Notes under the pieces: model-generated
Databases searched by the model: none
Told to the model about the DNA's origin: nothing
The model's input: only the letters and a program-made list of their open reading frames with translations
Translations under genes and position numbers: made by a program
NCBI GenBank assembly: GCA_964016885.1
Contig: OZ024740.1
Coordinates: forward strand, 105,090,001-105,154,000
Length of the DNA stretch: 64,000 nt
Reading direction: 5' to 3'
Source: Eledone cirrhosa
Taxonomy: Eukaryota
In this document: one piece after another, positions 25,385 to 39,274 of the stretch
How positions within the stretch are numbered: the first letter of the stretch is position 1
Layout of the letters: every line of letters begins with the position of its first letter

Positions 25385-25472
25385 AAAGAGAATCACGAAT
25401 AATGTATCGCCTGGCCCAGGAATCGAACTTGCAACTTCACAATTGCAAATCCAATTCTAACCACTAAGCCAG
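25385..25472 (-). mobile_element. tRNA-like SINE head of a second family (related copy ~42335-42660, +)
   Basis: Minus strand TGGCTTAGTGGTTAGAA (A box) ... AGTTCGATTCCT (B box). No intact cloverleaf. Confidence 0.5.
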
Positions 25473-25577
25473 TAATATCAGATATTACATTTTATATTGT
25501 AGAAATATAATATTGTATCATTAATATATTTGACAATGTGAGGAGGTGTTACTTTCATTCTTTTCCCTCCTTTTTAG

Positions 25578-25650
25578 TTCAATGCCTGGTACAACTGTTG
25601 CAGAATATGAGAGCTGTTTGAAAAAGATATATACAGTCACTACTGTTCAG
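25578..25650 (+). CDS. EIF4E3: eIF4E type 3, coding exon 2
   Basis: Polypyrimidine-TAG acceptor. Encodes (N)SMPGTTVAEYESCLKKIYTVTTVQ. GT donor at 25651, 73 nt. Confidence 0.93.
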
Positions 25651-26120
25651 GTGAAGTAGCTCCTATTCTTGTTTTGTTTTTACTTTATTTTGTTATGCAA
25701 GTCCTGTTGTAGAATAAAAAAGTTAGACTTTCTACTTTCATCTCTGGCCAGCTGAATCCACTTTATTTTAGACTAGGGGTCTTTGAAGTTGTCAATATTG
25801 ATCCCCAGGGGTTGATGGGACTAATCAGGTTTTCAAATGAACATTTGGACCAAAACTTGACATTGGAATAAAAAATTGAAAATGACAATTTACTTATACA
25901 GGTTTCTGATTTATATATAATTAGTCTTTATTGTTTATTTTATTTTATATTTTCTTTACTGATATATTCATTTACTTTGTCTTTGCAGTATTTTTTTTTC
26001 TTTTAAGGATTATTTTATTTTAAAATACTCAAATATATTTCTGGGATAAAATTACATAAAAAATAAAGAATTTAATATTTAGTCAAACATACAGAAAAAG
26101 AATGCAGTATTGGAAAGCAC

Positions 26121-26853
26121 TCATCATCATCATCATCATCACCGTTTTACATCCGTTCTTCCATGCTAGCATGGGTTAGACAGGTTGTACTGTTGTGAGC
26201 AGTGTCTGGTCGGCTGACCTTGCCTTGCTCATACAGGAACTGATTCTGGCTTGATTTCTACAGCTGGATGCCCTTCCTAACACCAACCTCATTTACAGTG
26301 AGTGCTGGGTGCTTTTTTTCCGTGGCGCCTACATGTCCACTTTACAGTGTGGGCTGGGTGCTTTTTTGCCGTGGCACCTCCACGACCACCTTGCGGTGGG
26401 GGGTGTGGGGGCATATTGTCTATATGCTTCAGCTTCGGCTTGTACCCGTGGGAGGTCGGGTACTCTGTATTACTGTGTAACGCCAGAGGTTACGGTCGTG
26501 TGTCATCGCCTTTGAGAGGTGTAATTGGGTAAGGTCGGATTTTTATCACCTCATCCCAGGTCTTCTTGGGTCTCCCCACTCCGCGGTTTCCATTGACTTC
26601 TAGTGCTCTGCACCTTTTTATGCAGCTGTCATCCTTCATACGCATCACATGTCCATACCAATGCAACCTCCTCTCCTGCACACAGCATTTGATTCCTCTT
26701 ATGCTCAGTCTCTCTCTCAATTCATTTATGCTTTGTCGTTCGCGTATATTACTATTACACATCCAGGCTTCGTTTCTTTCTAATCTACACAAGTCTTCCA
26801 CCTTCAGCGCCCAGGTCTCACTACCATGTAACATTGTTGTTCGTATACACGTA
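26121..26853 (-). mobile_element. RTE LINE 3' fragment
   Basis: Near-identical to 41560-42286 in reverse; (CAT)n tail at 26121. Confidence 0.9.
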
Positions 26854-27494
26854 TAAATGCCATATAAATGCCATATAAATGCCATAAATGAGAGGAAAAA
26901 GAGGGAAAGAGCAAGGACTATTAGGCAACGGAAGAAAGAAAGGGGAAAGGAGGAGCGTGACAGACTCTAATCTTAAGTCAGAGCAGTCTTTCTGTTGCAC
27001 AATGCAGACAGAATGGCAAGACATTTCTGCAGACAATGGCCAGCGACACCTGCTGCAATGTTTGTATATGCCTGGGTCATTAAGGGGTCACAGATTCTAT
27101 GAAGGGGTTGAGGTTCACTAGGAGAATTCTCTCCCTGACTCCATCTATTGTTACAGATACTTCACTTACTTATATTGAAGCTGAACATAAAGCTGATCGA
27201 CATCAACCAGTCACAAAGTTTACACACTTATAGTAATCACTATTAGCATAATACACACACACACACACAGACACATACTTACACACACACACACACACAT
27301 ATTCATAACTACTATCATTATCATAAGCATCATATAAAATCTTGAACAATACTACCAACCTTTTACTCAGATGCTTCTATATATGTGAATGTCCACCCAT
27401 CTCATTCCTCCCACACAGTCATATATTCACATATTTGACAGTATAACATAAAATGTTATAATATCTTATAAAGTCTTGTCTTCCTAACTTTCAG

Positions 27495-27589
27495 AAATTC
27501 TGGAGTGTATATAATAACATACCTGATGTGGCATACCTCAGCAATCGCTGTTCCTACCACTTAATGAGAGGAAAAAGAAGGCCTATATG
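27495..27589 (+). CDS. EIF4E3: eIF4E type 3, coding exon 3
   Basis: TTTCAG acceptor. Encodes [31 protein letters not shown](W). GTGAGT donor, 95 nt. Confidence 0.95.
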
Positions 27590-28132
27590 GTGAGTGCAGT
27601 TAGGATTGTTGTTGTTGATATTATTCAGCCCCAGGGTGGTGGATTGGCAGTATTGGTAGAGCGTCGGACACCACGCTTTGCAGTATAGAGTTATGGCCCT
27701 TTATGATCTGAGTTCAAATCCCACAAAGCTTAGCTTTGCCTTTCATCCTTACGGGGTAGATAAACTAAAGCACCAGTAATGCGCTAGGGTTGATTTAATC
27801 GACTTTCCCCTCCCCTTCAAATTGCTGGCCTTGTGCCTAAAGTAGAAACAATTATTTAGCCCCAGCTCAATGTGGGACATGTGGATGAGATGGGATGGTC
27901 ACAACATGAGTGATGAAAAGGGAAGTGACTGAGTGGGGGTAACATGAAACCAACAAACTCTGAAGAGCAGATACCATCGTAGTAGCAGTAGAAGAAGCAA
28001 AGGGAGAACAAATAGCATGTCTGTGGGCCAGACATAAGAGATGGCAACATATATGGACTTGTTATTTTTCTCACATAACATTTTTTCCGATTCTCCCCTG
28101 CCCGTACCTTCTATCTTTTTAATTTCTCATTT

Positions 28133-28168
28133 TCTTCTGATGAAGGACTAGCGTCCGAAACGTTAAGA
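28133..28168 (+). ncRNA. Minimal hammerhead motif in a PLE-end-like repeat (~28060-28251)
   Basis: TCTT-CTGATGA-AGGAC-TAGC-GTCC-GAAA-CGTT-AAGA. The downstream sequence recurs reversed at ~12069-12146. Confidence 0.75.
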
Positions 28169-28756
28169 TGCTCTTCCTGCTATTTCAAGTGTTAACCTGA
28201 TATATTCGTTCCATATACTGTACTGATTGCGTTGTTATTTCTGTTTACCTTTCACACACACACACACACACACACATATATGTGTGTGTGTGTGTATAAG
28301 TAGTAGAGTGTTTGAGCAGATATGTGGTATGTTTGTGTGTGCTTTCTTGGCTGGGAGAGTAGTAGCAGTAGTAGTAGAAATAGTAGTAGTAACAGTTGTT
28401 GTTTAACCCTAGGCCAGCCTTGATTAAACCGACCTATGTTCCAGTGGCTATTATGCTGTCTTTATATATCTAAGACCACATAGTCCAATGTATCTTTCAT
28501 TTTATAAGATATGGAGTGTGATATGAGGGGAATCTAGCTGCTATTTCTTGCAAATTGAGTGGCCATGTAGAGATGATCTCATTCTTAGGTGTGAAGATGT
28601 CTGTAGATTCTTGTGAAATTCTTCACAATGTCATTAAGAGATAACTTTCATATCTTCTTCTCAGATTCTTTTACTTATTGTCTTCTTTTATTCTTTCTCT
28701 CAGCTTCACTTCTTCATCAGCTTCACTTCTTCATTACAACAGGGAACACAACCACT

Positions 28757-28791
<35 letters not shown>

Positions 28792-29235
28792 CATATATAT
28801 ATGCATACACACACATGCGTGTATGTGTGTGGGTGTGTATGTGTAGATATGCATGCGCAGATGTATATGTGTGTGTGTATCGAATTCATCATTGTTTTCT
28901 CACTTTTGCAGCCACTTTAACTTCACATAAAACAAAAGGTTAACAACAGTTGCATTGTGGGAAGATGATAGGTGACAAACTGTTTTTTCTCAGTCAGCAC
29001 ATAGTTTTGTGCTGAATTCACTTTGGTGGTGATGATAATGGTAGTAGTCTTTAGAGAATATATCTCTGCCGACAATACCATAGTAATATAATAGTTGGCT
29101 CAGCCTTCACCACCGCCATCACAATAAAATAATAGATGGAGTGCGAAATTATTAGTTGATGAACTAAAATACTTTGTCATATTAAGTTGCCTCCTTTTTG
29201 AGACAGACTTTGATTTCTGCTGTGGTTAAGAAATA

Positions 29236-31390
29236 TGCTAGGTTCACTCTCAGTTCTCTTGCTTCCAACTGCTGTTTCCATAGGCAGAATTTATTCTCTA
29301 GCTCCTCTACTGATTCTGCTATAAGAACTAGATCGTCAGCATAGAGAAGTTCCCATGGACAGCCAGTCTTAAACTCCTCTGTTATGGCTTGGAGGACTAT
29401 AATGAACAAAAGCGGGCTGAAGACCGAACCTTGATGTACTCCTACTTGTACCTGGAATTCCTCACTAAACTCCATTGCTACTCTGACTTTACTGACAGTA
29501 CCTCTGTACAAAGTTTGCACTGTCCTCACAAGCCATTCCTCAACAACTAGTTTCCTTAGGGACCACCAGATGACAGATCGGAGTACCCTATCAAAGTCAT
29601 TCTCTAGGTCAACAAAGGCTAAGTATAGTGGCTTATTCTTCTCTAAGAACCTCTCTTGTAATTGTCTCACCAAGAAGAGGGCATCTCTTGTACTCTTCCC
29701 AGACACAAAACCAAACTGCATCTCATCTAGTTTGACCCTTTCTCTAATTAGTTGTGCTAATATCCTTTCTGCCACTTTCATAACCTGATCCATCAGTTTT
29801 ATACCCCTATAATTGCTCCTCTCCAGAGCATCCCCTTTACCTTTGTAGCAATTTATGAGAATACTGCTGCACCAGTCTTTGGGTATGACACCACCATATA
29901 TAACCTGATTGATGATGCGTGCAACTGGCATCCCCTGATGCCTTCAGCATTTCAGCAACTATCCCCGATGGTCCAGCAGCCTTACCATTTTTCATTTCCT
30001 TAATCGCCTCTTGGACCCTATATTCGTCAATCTCAATAGTTGGTCCTTCTGTCGGATCTACTGAGGGTAATTTCTCTCTCTCCCATTCGTTCTCCACATT
30101 CATCAGTCTCTCATAATGACATTTCCAGGCCTCCTTTTTCTGATCATTCGTGACACTAAGTACACCGGCATCATTCTGGACACATTTATCTCCAACAACA
30201 TCCTGATTTGCATTGACACACTGCCTTGCAATGTGGAACACCGCACACCTCTGATCTTCCCGTCGCAGAACATTGGCAAACCTCCTACTCTCAGCCTCCC
30301 TGCGTGCTAAGTACACCTGACGTCTAGCTTCTCTCTTAGCGGCTGTATATCCTTCCCTACTCCCACCCTTTTTCTAAGCCTTCCATGCTAGTCTTTTGTC
30401 TCTAATGGCCTAATCTACTGTGCTGTTCCACCACCAGGACACTCTGTCTGGTTGGAGCTCTGCTCCAGCCACAAGTTTCATCAGTAGCCTGCAGTAAGTT
30501 GTCCCGTAAGAAATTCCAGTTATTATCTATGTCATACGTCTCTAAATCATCTTCTTTTTCGTCATACACATCTTGAAGGACTTTCCTAAATTTGTATTTT
30601 AGTGAAAGGTCTTTTAGCTTCCAGACCTTTCTTCTCCACACCTTCCTGTATGTCTCATTCCATCTCTTGCTTACTGAGATATCACTAACGACTAACCTAT
30701 GCTGTGGGGTACATTCTTCTCCAAGGTATGCCTTGGTATTAGACACTATCTGCCTGTCCCTCTGCCTAACTAGTAAGAAGTCAATCTGGTTTATGTGTTC
30801 GCCAGATTTGTAGGTTATTAGGTGGTTGGCAGATTTCTGGAAGTTAGTGTTGCAAATAGTCAGTGTACTTGCATCACAAAATTCAAGAAGTCTCACTCCT
30901 TCTTCATTTCTTGAGCCGTAACCGTGCCCACCATCTACCCCAGTATAACCATCCTGGAGCTGTCCAATATGACCATTGAAGTCCCCTGCTAGCATAACGA
31001 TGTCTCCGTCCTCTGTCATTGCGGTTGTTTGTAAAAGTTGCTCATAAAAGCAGTCTTTCTCTTCTTTGTCTAGGCCTGCTTGGGGAGCATAGGCAGAAAT
31101 GATTGTCAGTAGTCTCCTGCCTACAACTAATCTAAGCTTAATTATTCAATTACTAACTCGAACTACCTCTATTGTCTTATTGATCCATCTCTCAGCCAGG
31201 AAAATGCCTACTCCCCCTAACCCATCATCCTTACCTACCCAGAAAAGCTTATAGCTAAAATGTTTGCCTATGACTAGTCTCGCAGAGGCACCTCTCCATC
31301 TCACCTCTTGTATGCAGCACACATCCACCTGCCTTCTCTCCAGCATCTCCGGTATTTCAGCAGATCTACCTCTGAGAGTGCCAACATTAA
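29236..31390 (-). mobile_element. RTE LINE with APE endonuclease and RT, 3' truncated, decayed
   Basis: INVGTL, CIQEVRW, GDFNGHIG, QIDFLL, PQHRLV (APE domain), then GKAAGPSG, QFGF, QGSVFSP, YADD. Confidence 0.92.
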
Positions 31391-31608
31391 TTAAGTGTTG
31401 CAATTCTGAGATGCGACGTCTTCCTATCTACTTGTTGCTGTGCTGATAATCGTTTTGGCATTGATACACTGGTTGGATGCCCTTTCTAACACCAGCGCCA
31501 CTTTACAGCATGGACTGGGTGCTTTTATTTGTGCCACCAGCACTAGAGAGGATGTCTTACTAGACTCAAGGGCTCTCTCTACCCCTCCATTTTACAGCAT
31601 GGTCATAA

Positions 31609-31644
<36 letters not shown>

Positions 31645-31728
31645 GAAGTTATATTTAATTTGTTGGGATACAACAAGCAAATATTTCTATAACTGATATA
31701 AAGCACTCAACAAATTTTTGGAGTAAAA

Positions 31729-32034
<306 letters not shown>

Positions 32035-32424
32035 GTATATATATGTATATTGCAATGGCAAGAGCTCAGTCATCAAGCCCTGACCCTTTATAATATAACC
32101 ATACTCTACTATCCTAACTCGTTTAAAACTGGTTCTATCCTGATATATACATATATATATATATATATATAACTTTTGTTTATTTCAAACTGATAAAAAA
32201 TAACGTATATACTCATGTGTAAGTCGCTCCTTTTTCCTACAATTATACGAGGTAAAAACAGCATACAACTTATCTGCTGGACCTACAAAACTTCAAGAAT
32301 ATATGTAAAATGGAGAGGCGATTTATCTAAAGGCGGGATTCATACACGAGTATATATATGGTGAAATCGAAATTCAGATATTGATTTCATCTATGTAATT
32401 TCCTTCTCTTTTTCAATCATTCAG

Positions 32425-32485
32425 GGAAGATGAATTCAATTGCAAGGGAGGTCACTGGCGTTTTAAATGTAGTAAGAATAACACG
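32425..32485 (+). CDS. EIF4E3: eIF4E type 3, coding exon 4
   Basis: Encodes (W)EDEFNCKGGHWRFKCSKNNT, the PxWEDxxNxxGGxW motif. GTAAGT donor, 61 nt. Confidence 0.95.
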
Positions 32486-32560
32486 GTAAGTCATCTCCCT
32501 TTAGCATTTTATTATATGGAAATTGCTGGAGCACACTGGCCAATGTTTAACCCTCTATCA

Positions 32561-34697
32561 AGGACGAGAACAAGGGGGATAGTATAAATAATTTTCGGCC
32601 CATAACCCTGCTAAACACAGAGTTAAAGATTTTGGCCAAGGTGTTAGCAAAAAGGTTGGCGCTTGTCGTGGGTGGCCTGGTGGGAGATGCGCAGACATGT
32701 GCTATCCCATCCAGGTCCATTCACGATAACCTCCACCTCATGCGATACATCATAGAGAGGGTTGGCAACAAACCCGGCTTCGGTGGGGCCCTGATCAACT
32801 TGGATCAGTCTAAGGCCTTCGATAGGGTCGACCATGGTTACCTGGATGCGGTGCTAGCGGCGGCTGGGTTCGGTCCTGTTTTCAGAGGCTGGATCACTGC
32901 CCTACATAGCAACCACATCTGTTCTAGGATCAAGGTGAACGGCTACCTTTCGAAGCCGTTCGAAATCACACGATCCATTCGACAGGGGTGCCCTCTCTCC
33001 TCCCTTCTGTACGTATTGACTCTCGAGCCTTTACTGAGGAAGTTGGAGTTGTTGCAGGGTATCCCCCTGGAACCAGGATTGAGCAAAGCGGTGTCGGCCT
33101 ACGCCGATGACGTAACAGTAATGGTATCAACCGACTCGGAGATCGAGGCGATCGGTACCTTACTGGAGGAGTACGAAAGGTTGTCAGGAGCGAAACTGAA
33201 CCGGGAAAAATCCATCGGGCTGCAACTCGGAACGTGGAGAGGCAAACCGATGCCTCCTGACGGTGTCGTCGGATACTGGACGGAGGGCCCGGTAAAGTTG
33301 CTTGGGGTCTGGTTTGGACCGGACCTCCAGGTGGAAAAGAACTGGAACGAGGTTACGAACAAGGTGTTTGCACTAACCCAGAAATGGGCCAAGTGTAAGC
33401 TGTCCCTAAAAGGCCGGGCGGAGGTGGCGAACATTTACATAGCGTCCGTCACTTACTACCGCCTGACTGTCGTGCCTTGCCCTAAGGAAACACTCACCAC
33501 CATGGAACGCATGCTCTTCCAATTTCTTTGGAAGAAGCGTCCTCCTATGGTGAGAAGATCCATCTGCTGCCAACAACCTTCGAAAGGAGGGCTGGGGATG
33601 CCGTGGTTGATGATGCGTAGGCACGCATTAAGGCTACGGCACCTACAGGTATTCCTCACTGGTCAACCGGTGTGGGCTCCGTTCGTGAAACGAGCCTTTC
33701 CGAGACTCGTCTCACTCACCGAGCTACAGTCCTGGGTCAAGCAAAGATCCGGAAAACTGGGAGACTGGCACACTGAGTGTGCTCAGGCGCTCAGGGCTCT
33801 CTGGCAAGCGGGCCGGGCCATCGGTGGAGAATCCACCTCATCATTCTATAGAGGGCTGGTGGCTAGCAGGGGCGATGACACCCTTGGAGAGTCGCTGGAC
33901 ATGGAGGAAGACGAACTGGCCAGCCTGTTCGGTAGGACTTTCGGCCCAGGACCAATGGACAACTTCCAGAAGTCACTGGCCTGGCAGTGCTACCGAGGGG
34001 CTCTACCCGTTCGAGAGAGGCTCTACAGACACGGGCGCCCGGGCAGGGATCCCTCAAAAAAGATTTGCCCTAGATGCGTGCGTCACGAAGAAACCGTGGC
34101 GCACGCATTGGTGCAATGTCCGGGCGTGGCTGATCTGTGGGGCTACGCCGAACAACTGCTGTCGCGGGTGGCGCCGATTAAATTGACCGCCGAGTCCGTG
34201 ATGACAATCAAACCGCCTCCCCTCTTCACAAAGGAAGCAAAGGCGGTTTTTCTGTGCGTAATAGCCATGTTGAAAGAGGTTGTTTGGTGGACACGATTGA
34301 AAGGTCTGAGGTCAGGCAACTTCCTCTCTGGCCATAGTCTGGTCTACTTCTTCCGATATCACTTCGGAAGAAGGATAAGAATGGAGAGAGAGGTGCTTGG
34401 CCACAGGCAGTTTTATGAAAGGTGGGTGATAGTGGCGAGAATGGCTCGTGTAAATGGGCCTTCTCTGTATACCATCCTGTAGGTAAAGAAGTAAAGGAGA
34501 GGGGAGCACCTTCTCCATGTGCTCCCCGGGCAAAGGATTGCACACTTTTTCGGGGGTGTGTGCAACCCCCATCACGTCCCCTCCCTTTTGAGGTTATTTT
34601 CGATTATTTTCATGTTACACCCTTTTTACTCGATTATATGTAAACTCCCCCTTTGTATTTGTCCCTTCTTTTTATGCCTTTATGGTAAATAAAGAAA
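32561..34697 (+). mobile_element. Tx1/L1-clade LINE, 5' truncated, open RT-zf frame, 7-bp TSD, in eIF4E3 intron 4
   Basis: ORF 32632..34482 (616 aa) is uninterrupted, with YADD and CPRC..ETVAHALVQC. It ends AATAAAGAAA. TSD TCTATCA at 32554-32560 and 34698-34704. Confidence 0.93.
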
Positions 34698-35888
34698 TCT
34701 ATCATTTACATTACTCTTTATTTACTATTGTATTTTCATGGTAAAAGCTTTACCTCACATAATTATCTCACTTAATATCGAATCTATGAGATATTGATAT
34801 TTATTTTGAGAACAATACCTTAACATCAGTATGAGTGGCTGGTTACGACCGGTTTGGACAGAAAGAGGTGAGCAAATTCTGGCCAGATATGGCTGATTTA
34901 AATGCTAAAGAGTTAAAAGGAATTCATACACTAGAATTGATGATAACTTGGTGATGATCCACACCAACTTCAATAAGATTAGAAATTTAAAAGGTTGTGT
35001 GCTGTGACAGAAAACTGGAAAGAAATGTTTTTTTGTTGTTCTTATTTAACTCTAGGTCAACTCTAATCAAACAAACCTATAATCGAAGGTATTCCAACTA
35101 TGACCATGCCATCATTTTATATTTTGCCAAGTATATTGGTTAATGTGTTTTTCCTTTAATGCCATATACACGAGTGCACACTATAAATTTATTCAATTCT
35201 AATAAGGAATATTACAATTTTTACTTCATTTTTTGATAGTTTAGTTGAAGAGTATTTTCCTCTGATCGAAGTAGTAAGACAGAATTTGTTTGAAAGAAAT
35301 TTGGCTGCTATTTCTAGTAGGTCAAACGACTAATGAATGCTCCCTGTTTGACAGAGAAAGGTTGTGTATATATATAATGAAATAGTGTGTGGAAGTTATG
35401 AAGAATTGATATTACTTTAACAGCTATTATTTCACTTCATGCTGTAGTGTAATAGTAAGCCATTGGGACGTTGTGAAATAAATGGTCTTACTTTAACAGC
35501 TAATAGTTTTGTTTTGTGTTGTAGTATAGCAGTATGCTGTTAGTGAAATGAAACCCTGACTCTAGTTTCTAATCTCAGAAATATTTCATTTCTACCATTA
35601 ACCTTTTCAATACCAACCTGTCCCCTAATGATACAAAATATCTTATTCTATGATACAAAATATCTTATTTTAATGTGTTCATTTAAAACTTTCTGTCATA
35701 AATTTTTGTAAAAAACCTTTGATAAGTTTTGCTCAATTACCAATTTAATGATAACAAAGTTATTTATTTTACAAGATCACTTCAAATTCTTGATTATATT
35801 TAAAATTAATTGAAACATAAGAACAGTGTATTTTAATAGCAACTAAATGATTAATAACCATGAATATTTCAATATCTAACTTATTACC

Positions 35889-37196
35889 TGAGGTACACTC
35901 AAGAGGTTTTGAGACCTTTATCAGAGACATTTATTTAACTCAGATCAACACAAAACTCTAGTCACTCTCAAAGTAGGATCCTCCAACTTCAATGCACCTT
36001 TTGCAGCACTCCAGCCACTTCTGGAAGGCCCCCTTGTAGCCCTCCAAAATGAAGGTGTCCAGGCTGCTTGACATAGCCTCCTTCATCTCCTACATATCCT
36101 TAAAGTGGATACCCCTGAGCTTCTTCTTCAGCTTTGGGAACATCCAGAAGTTACATGGGGCTAAATCTGGACTGTAGGGAGGATGATGGGCAGTCTTGAT
36201 CCCTATATCATCCAAGTAGTTGGTCACTAGGATGGATTTGTGGCAGGAGTATTGTCCTGGTGCAGGTGCCACTGACCAGACTTGAAGAGTTCTGGTCTCC
36301 TGCAATGAAATCTCTTTCTTAACTGCCTTAAAACCTCTACATAGTACTCTTTGTTGACTGTCTGGCTGTGGGGGACCCATTGGATGTAGATGATGCCCTT
36401 GTTATCGAAGAATGGGATAATCATGAGCTTCCCAGTGGACCTGCTTTGCCTAGCCCTCTTGGGTATTGGGTAGTCAGAATATTTCCACTGGGCACTTTGT
36501 GTCTTGGTCTCTGGATCATAACAGTAGACCCAGCTCTCATCAGAGGTTACCAGAGATTCAACGACACTTGGATTCGAAGTGATCCACTTGGCTATCTCTC
36601 CATTGTCATCAACGTGGCTCTGCCTTTGATCTTCATTGAGCATCCTTGGAACAAACTTTGTGCATGTTCAGATTGTCATAAGTGACTCTGTGCACAGTGC
36701 CTTCAGCCACTTCATATTGTTTAGCAATCGTCAGAAGAGATGCACAATGGTCTTTGTCCAGAAATTTGTGAATTTTGTCAACCAACTTTGGCGTGCTGAT
36801 GTCCCTCTCCCTGCCACAACTCACGTCATCTCTTACCTGTATCCCTGCCCTCCTGGAACCTCTTGTGCCAATAGAAAACAGTGGCCCAGCTCATGAAAGT
36901 TAGTCTGTAAGCAATTTTGACCATTTCATAAGTTTCTGCAGGGTTTTGCTGAGCTTGACACAAAACCTTATTGCATATTGAGTCTCCAAGTTGTCCTCAC
37001 ATCCCGACTGCATTGTGGAACCAGTCAGCTGTGACAAAACATGAACGATGGGTAGTGTTTAAAGTATAGTGGCCTGTCCCTTCAACCTGGAAAAAAAGAT
37101 TATAACCATATCAAAGATGTATTAGAATGTCAATTACGTAGATTAATTAAAAGTGCCTGAAAAGGAAAACTCTCAAAAACTTTTGAGTGTATCTCA
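35889..37196 (-). mobile_element. Full-length decayed mariner transposon (~1.3 kb)
   Basis: ~26-bp TIRs TGAGGTACACTCAAGAGGTTTTGAGA / TCTCAAAAACTTTTGAGTGTATCTCA, with TA on the right. Frameshifted transposase: VTSDESWVYCYDPETK, LHQDNTP, HPPYSPDLAPCNF. Confidence 0.92.
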
Positions 37197-37343
37197 TATA
37201 CCACCAAATGGAGATCCAGTAGATGTGTTGAATGTTGTTTTTAGCTTATTTTTGTAAAAAAAAAACCCTGAAACCCTGACTTTTGCTCATATATACATGG
37301 CATAAATATACTGGCTTTTGTATCATTTCTTTATGTTATATAG

Positions 37344-37410
37344 TCAATACTTTGGAAGGAATTGTTGCTGGCTGCCATAGGAGAACAACTTAATGAGGCC
37401 CTGGCAGAAG
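37344..37410 (+). CDS. EIF4E3: eIF4E type 3, coding exon 5
   Basis: Encodes SILWKELLLAAIGEQLNEALAE(G). TAG acceptor, GTAAAA donor, 67 nt. Confidence 0.95.
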
Positions 37411-38067
37411 GTAAAAACCTCTTCTTCACATAGTCATCAGTGACAGTATTGTTTTCTTGCATTGATGAAAATGATGACTATTATGTTGGTGATGATGGTG
37501 GTAGTGGCAGGAGTTCTGGGAGTCAACCTAAAACTATTATGTCCATTTACATGTTACTGTATTTACTTGAATATAAGCCAAGGAATATGTGACCAAAAAA
37601 TCAATGGTAGCACTGTGGTTGGTTTATATTTGGGGTCAATATTTTGATGATTTTCACCAACTTCAAATTCTACATAAATATAGTTTGGACTTTTGTCCAT
37701 TTCTCAGACATAGAATATTTAAGTATATATAGTAATTTAATGAGTTAGACATTCAATTGACCTAACAACTGAATATTCGTTGTCAAAACCAACAGGATTA
37801 ATCAACAAACAAACCGGAACAAACAGGAGCAAAAAAGGGACAGTACACCTCCCTGATTCAACCATGTGACAACATCAAAACTCTCTGCACTTCCATCATT
37901 GGTTCTGATGCAGCAATGTGTCTTCCAGTAAAGTGATTGTTTGATGTTGATGTAGTGGATAGACACTCCATACAGTGTGACGATCTTCCATATATATATA
38001 TATATGTATATGTGTGTGTATGTGTGTGTGTGTTAAGTTAACAACATACCCATTGTTTTTGTTGTAG

Positions 38068-38223
38068 GTGATGAAATTGGAGGTGTGAGTTGTAGTGTAC
38101 GAGGACGGGATGATATACTTCAAGTGTGGAACACTCAGGCTCATCTTGCTGAGGAAAGTAGAATAACCAAGAAAATTGAGTCCATGTTTCCAGGAGTTAC
38201 CTTCATATCAGTATACTATAAAG
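38068..38223 (+). CDS. EIF4E3: eIF4E type 3, coding exon 6
   Basis: Encodes DEIGGVSCSVRGRDDILQVWNTQAHL...VYYK. GTAAGT donor, 156 nt. Confidence 0.95.
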
Positions 38224-38348
38224 GTAAGTGATCCTACATGAAATGATTGATCTCTTGTTGTTTATCATTGAATCAAGAAGAAGAGGAAAACCCCTATATG
38301 TGTGTATATATATATATATGTTTTACGCTTGATATAGTAGGAAAAGAG

Positions 38349-38384
38349 TCTTAACGTTTCGGACGCTAGTCCTTCATCAGAAAA
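38349..38384 (-). ncRNA. Minimal hammerhead motif, same family as 28133
   Basis: Identical core CTGATGAAGGACTAGCGTCCGAAACGTTAAGA on the minus strand. Confidence 0.72.
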
Positions 38385-38530
38385 TAGAATGAGAAATTAA
38401 AGAAGAAATAGAAAGATAAAGGAGAGTGGGCTGTGGCAGAAACGAAAAAAAGCTTATTTGAGAAAAGCATTCTAGTCACCATCTCTTGGGAAACTCAAAA
38501 TACATGACAATGAAACATATCTTTTCATTT

Positions 38531-38657
38531 GTACTCAGAGTTTCATGATGGTACCTAATTAATCTCACATGTACCATCAATCTTCAGCCTTTAAGATTGA
38601 TGGTACATGTGAGATTAATCTATGAGCAATCAGATACCATTATGAAACTCTAAGTAC
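38531..38657. repeat. Fold-back containing a hammerhead core (minus strand 38531-38587)
   Basis: Minus strand: CTGAAGA-TTGATGGTAC...GTACCATCAT-GAAA-CTCTGAG-TA. The right arm is an inverted copy lacking the CUG. Confidence 0.7.
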
Positions 38658-39218
38658 CGATAAAAACATGTACACACACACTGAATCCCTGTCTATTAAG
38701 AATTGACTAAAATAATTTATACCTGGAAGGGCATCCAGCTTTAAATAATTTCTTCAAAAAGGACCTCATGATGAAGCTTATCATGGGACCCACAAGGGAA
38801 AATAGCCTTACAAGGCTTTTTGTTTTAAATTGTTTTAGGTTTGACAGTACTGTTTATATTATGCTTCACTGGTGTGGTCTAATAAGACTGAAACATCTCC
38901 AGAATTGCCACTCTACTAATGTTATTTGGATTACTTTATATACTAATGTATATGCCACACCTTCATTCTACATATAACATTTACATAACTTGCTGTGATA
39001 TAAATAAAACCTCTAACTATTTAAAAACAAATTAAATCTAAATTGATACAAAAAATAATAAAATTTGTTTTATGAATTAAATTTAGAATCAATTTCAGTT
39101 TTTGCTTTTCATTTCAGTTTATGAAAGCATATCAGTTTTATTAATCTGAATTTCAAACTGATAAATATTTTGAAATGAAATTCTCAGACAACTTTCAATC
39201 TAAATTTTATTATTTCAG

Positions 39219-39274
39219 CCTTTGCTACACATCAAGCATTTGAAGGACTTAAAAATGATGTTGGAGTTGTCTAA
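39219..39274 (+). CDS. EIF4E3: eIF4E type 3, terminal coding exon 7
   Basis: TTTCAG acceptor, phase 1 compatible. Encodes (A)FATHQAFEGLKNDVGVV*, matching the eIF4E3 HxAFEG C-terminus. Total CDS is 732 nt. Confidence 0.9.

Noticed and set aside
25385-25472. tRNA gene
   Set aside because: A and B boxes are present but there are no proper acceptor or anticodon stems. Best explained as a SINE head.
26887-26902. 16-nt identity (AATGAGAGGAAAAAGA) with eIF4E3 exon 3, suggesting a duplicated exon
   Set aside because: Low-complexity purine tract, no splice acceptor, and no homology beyond the match.
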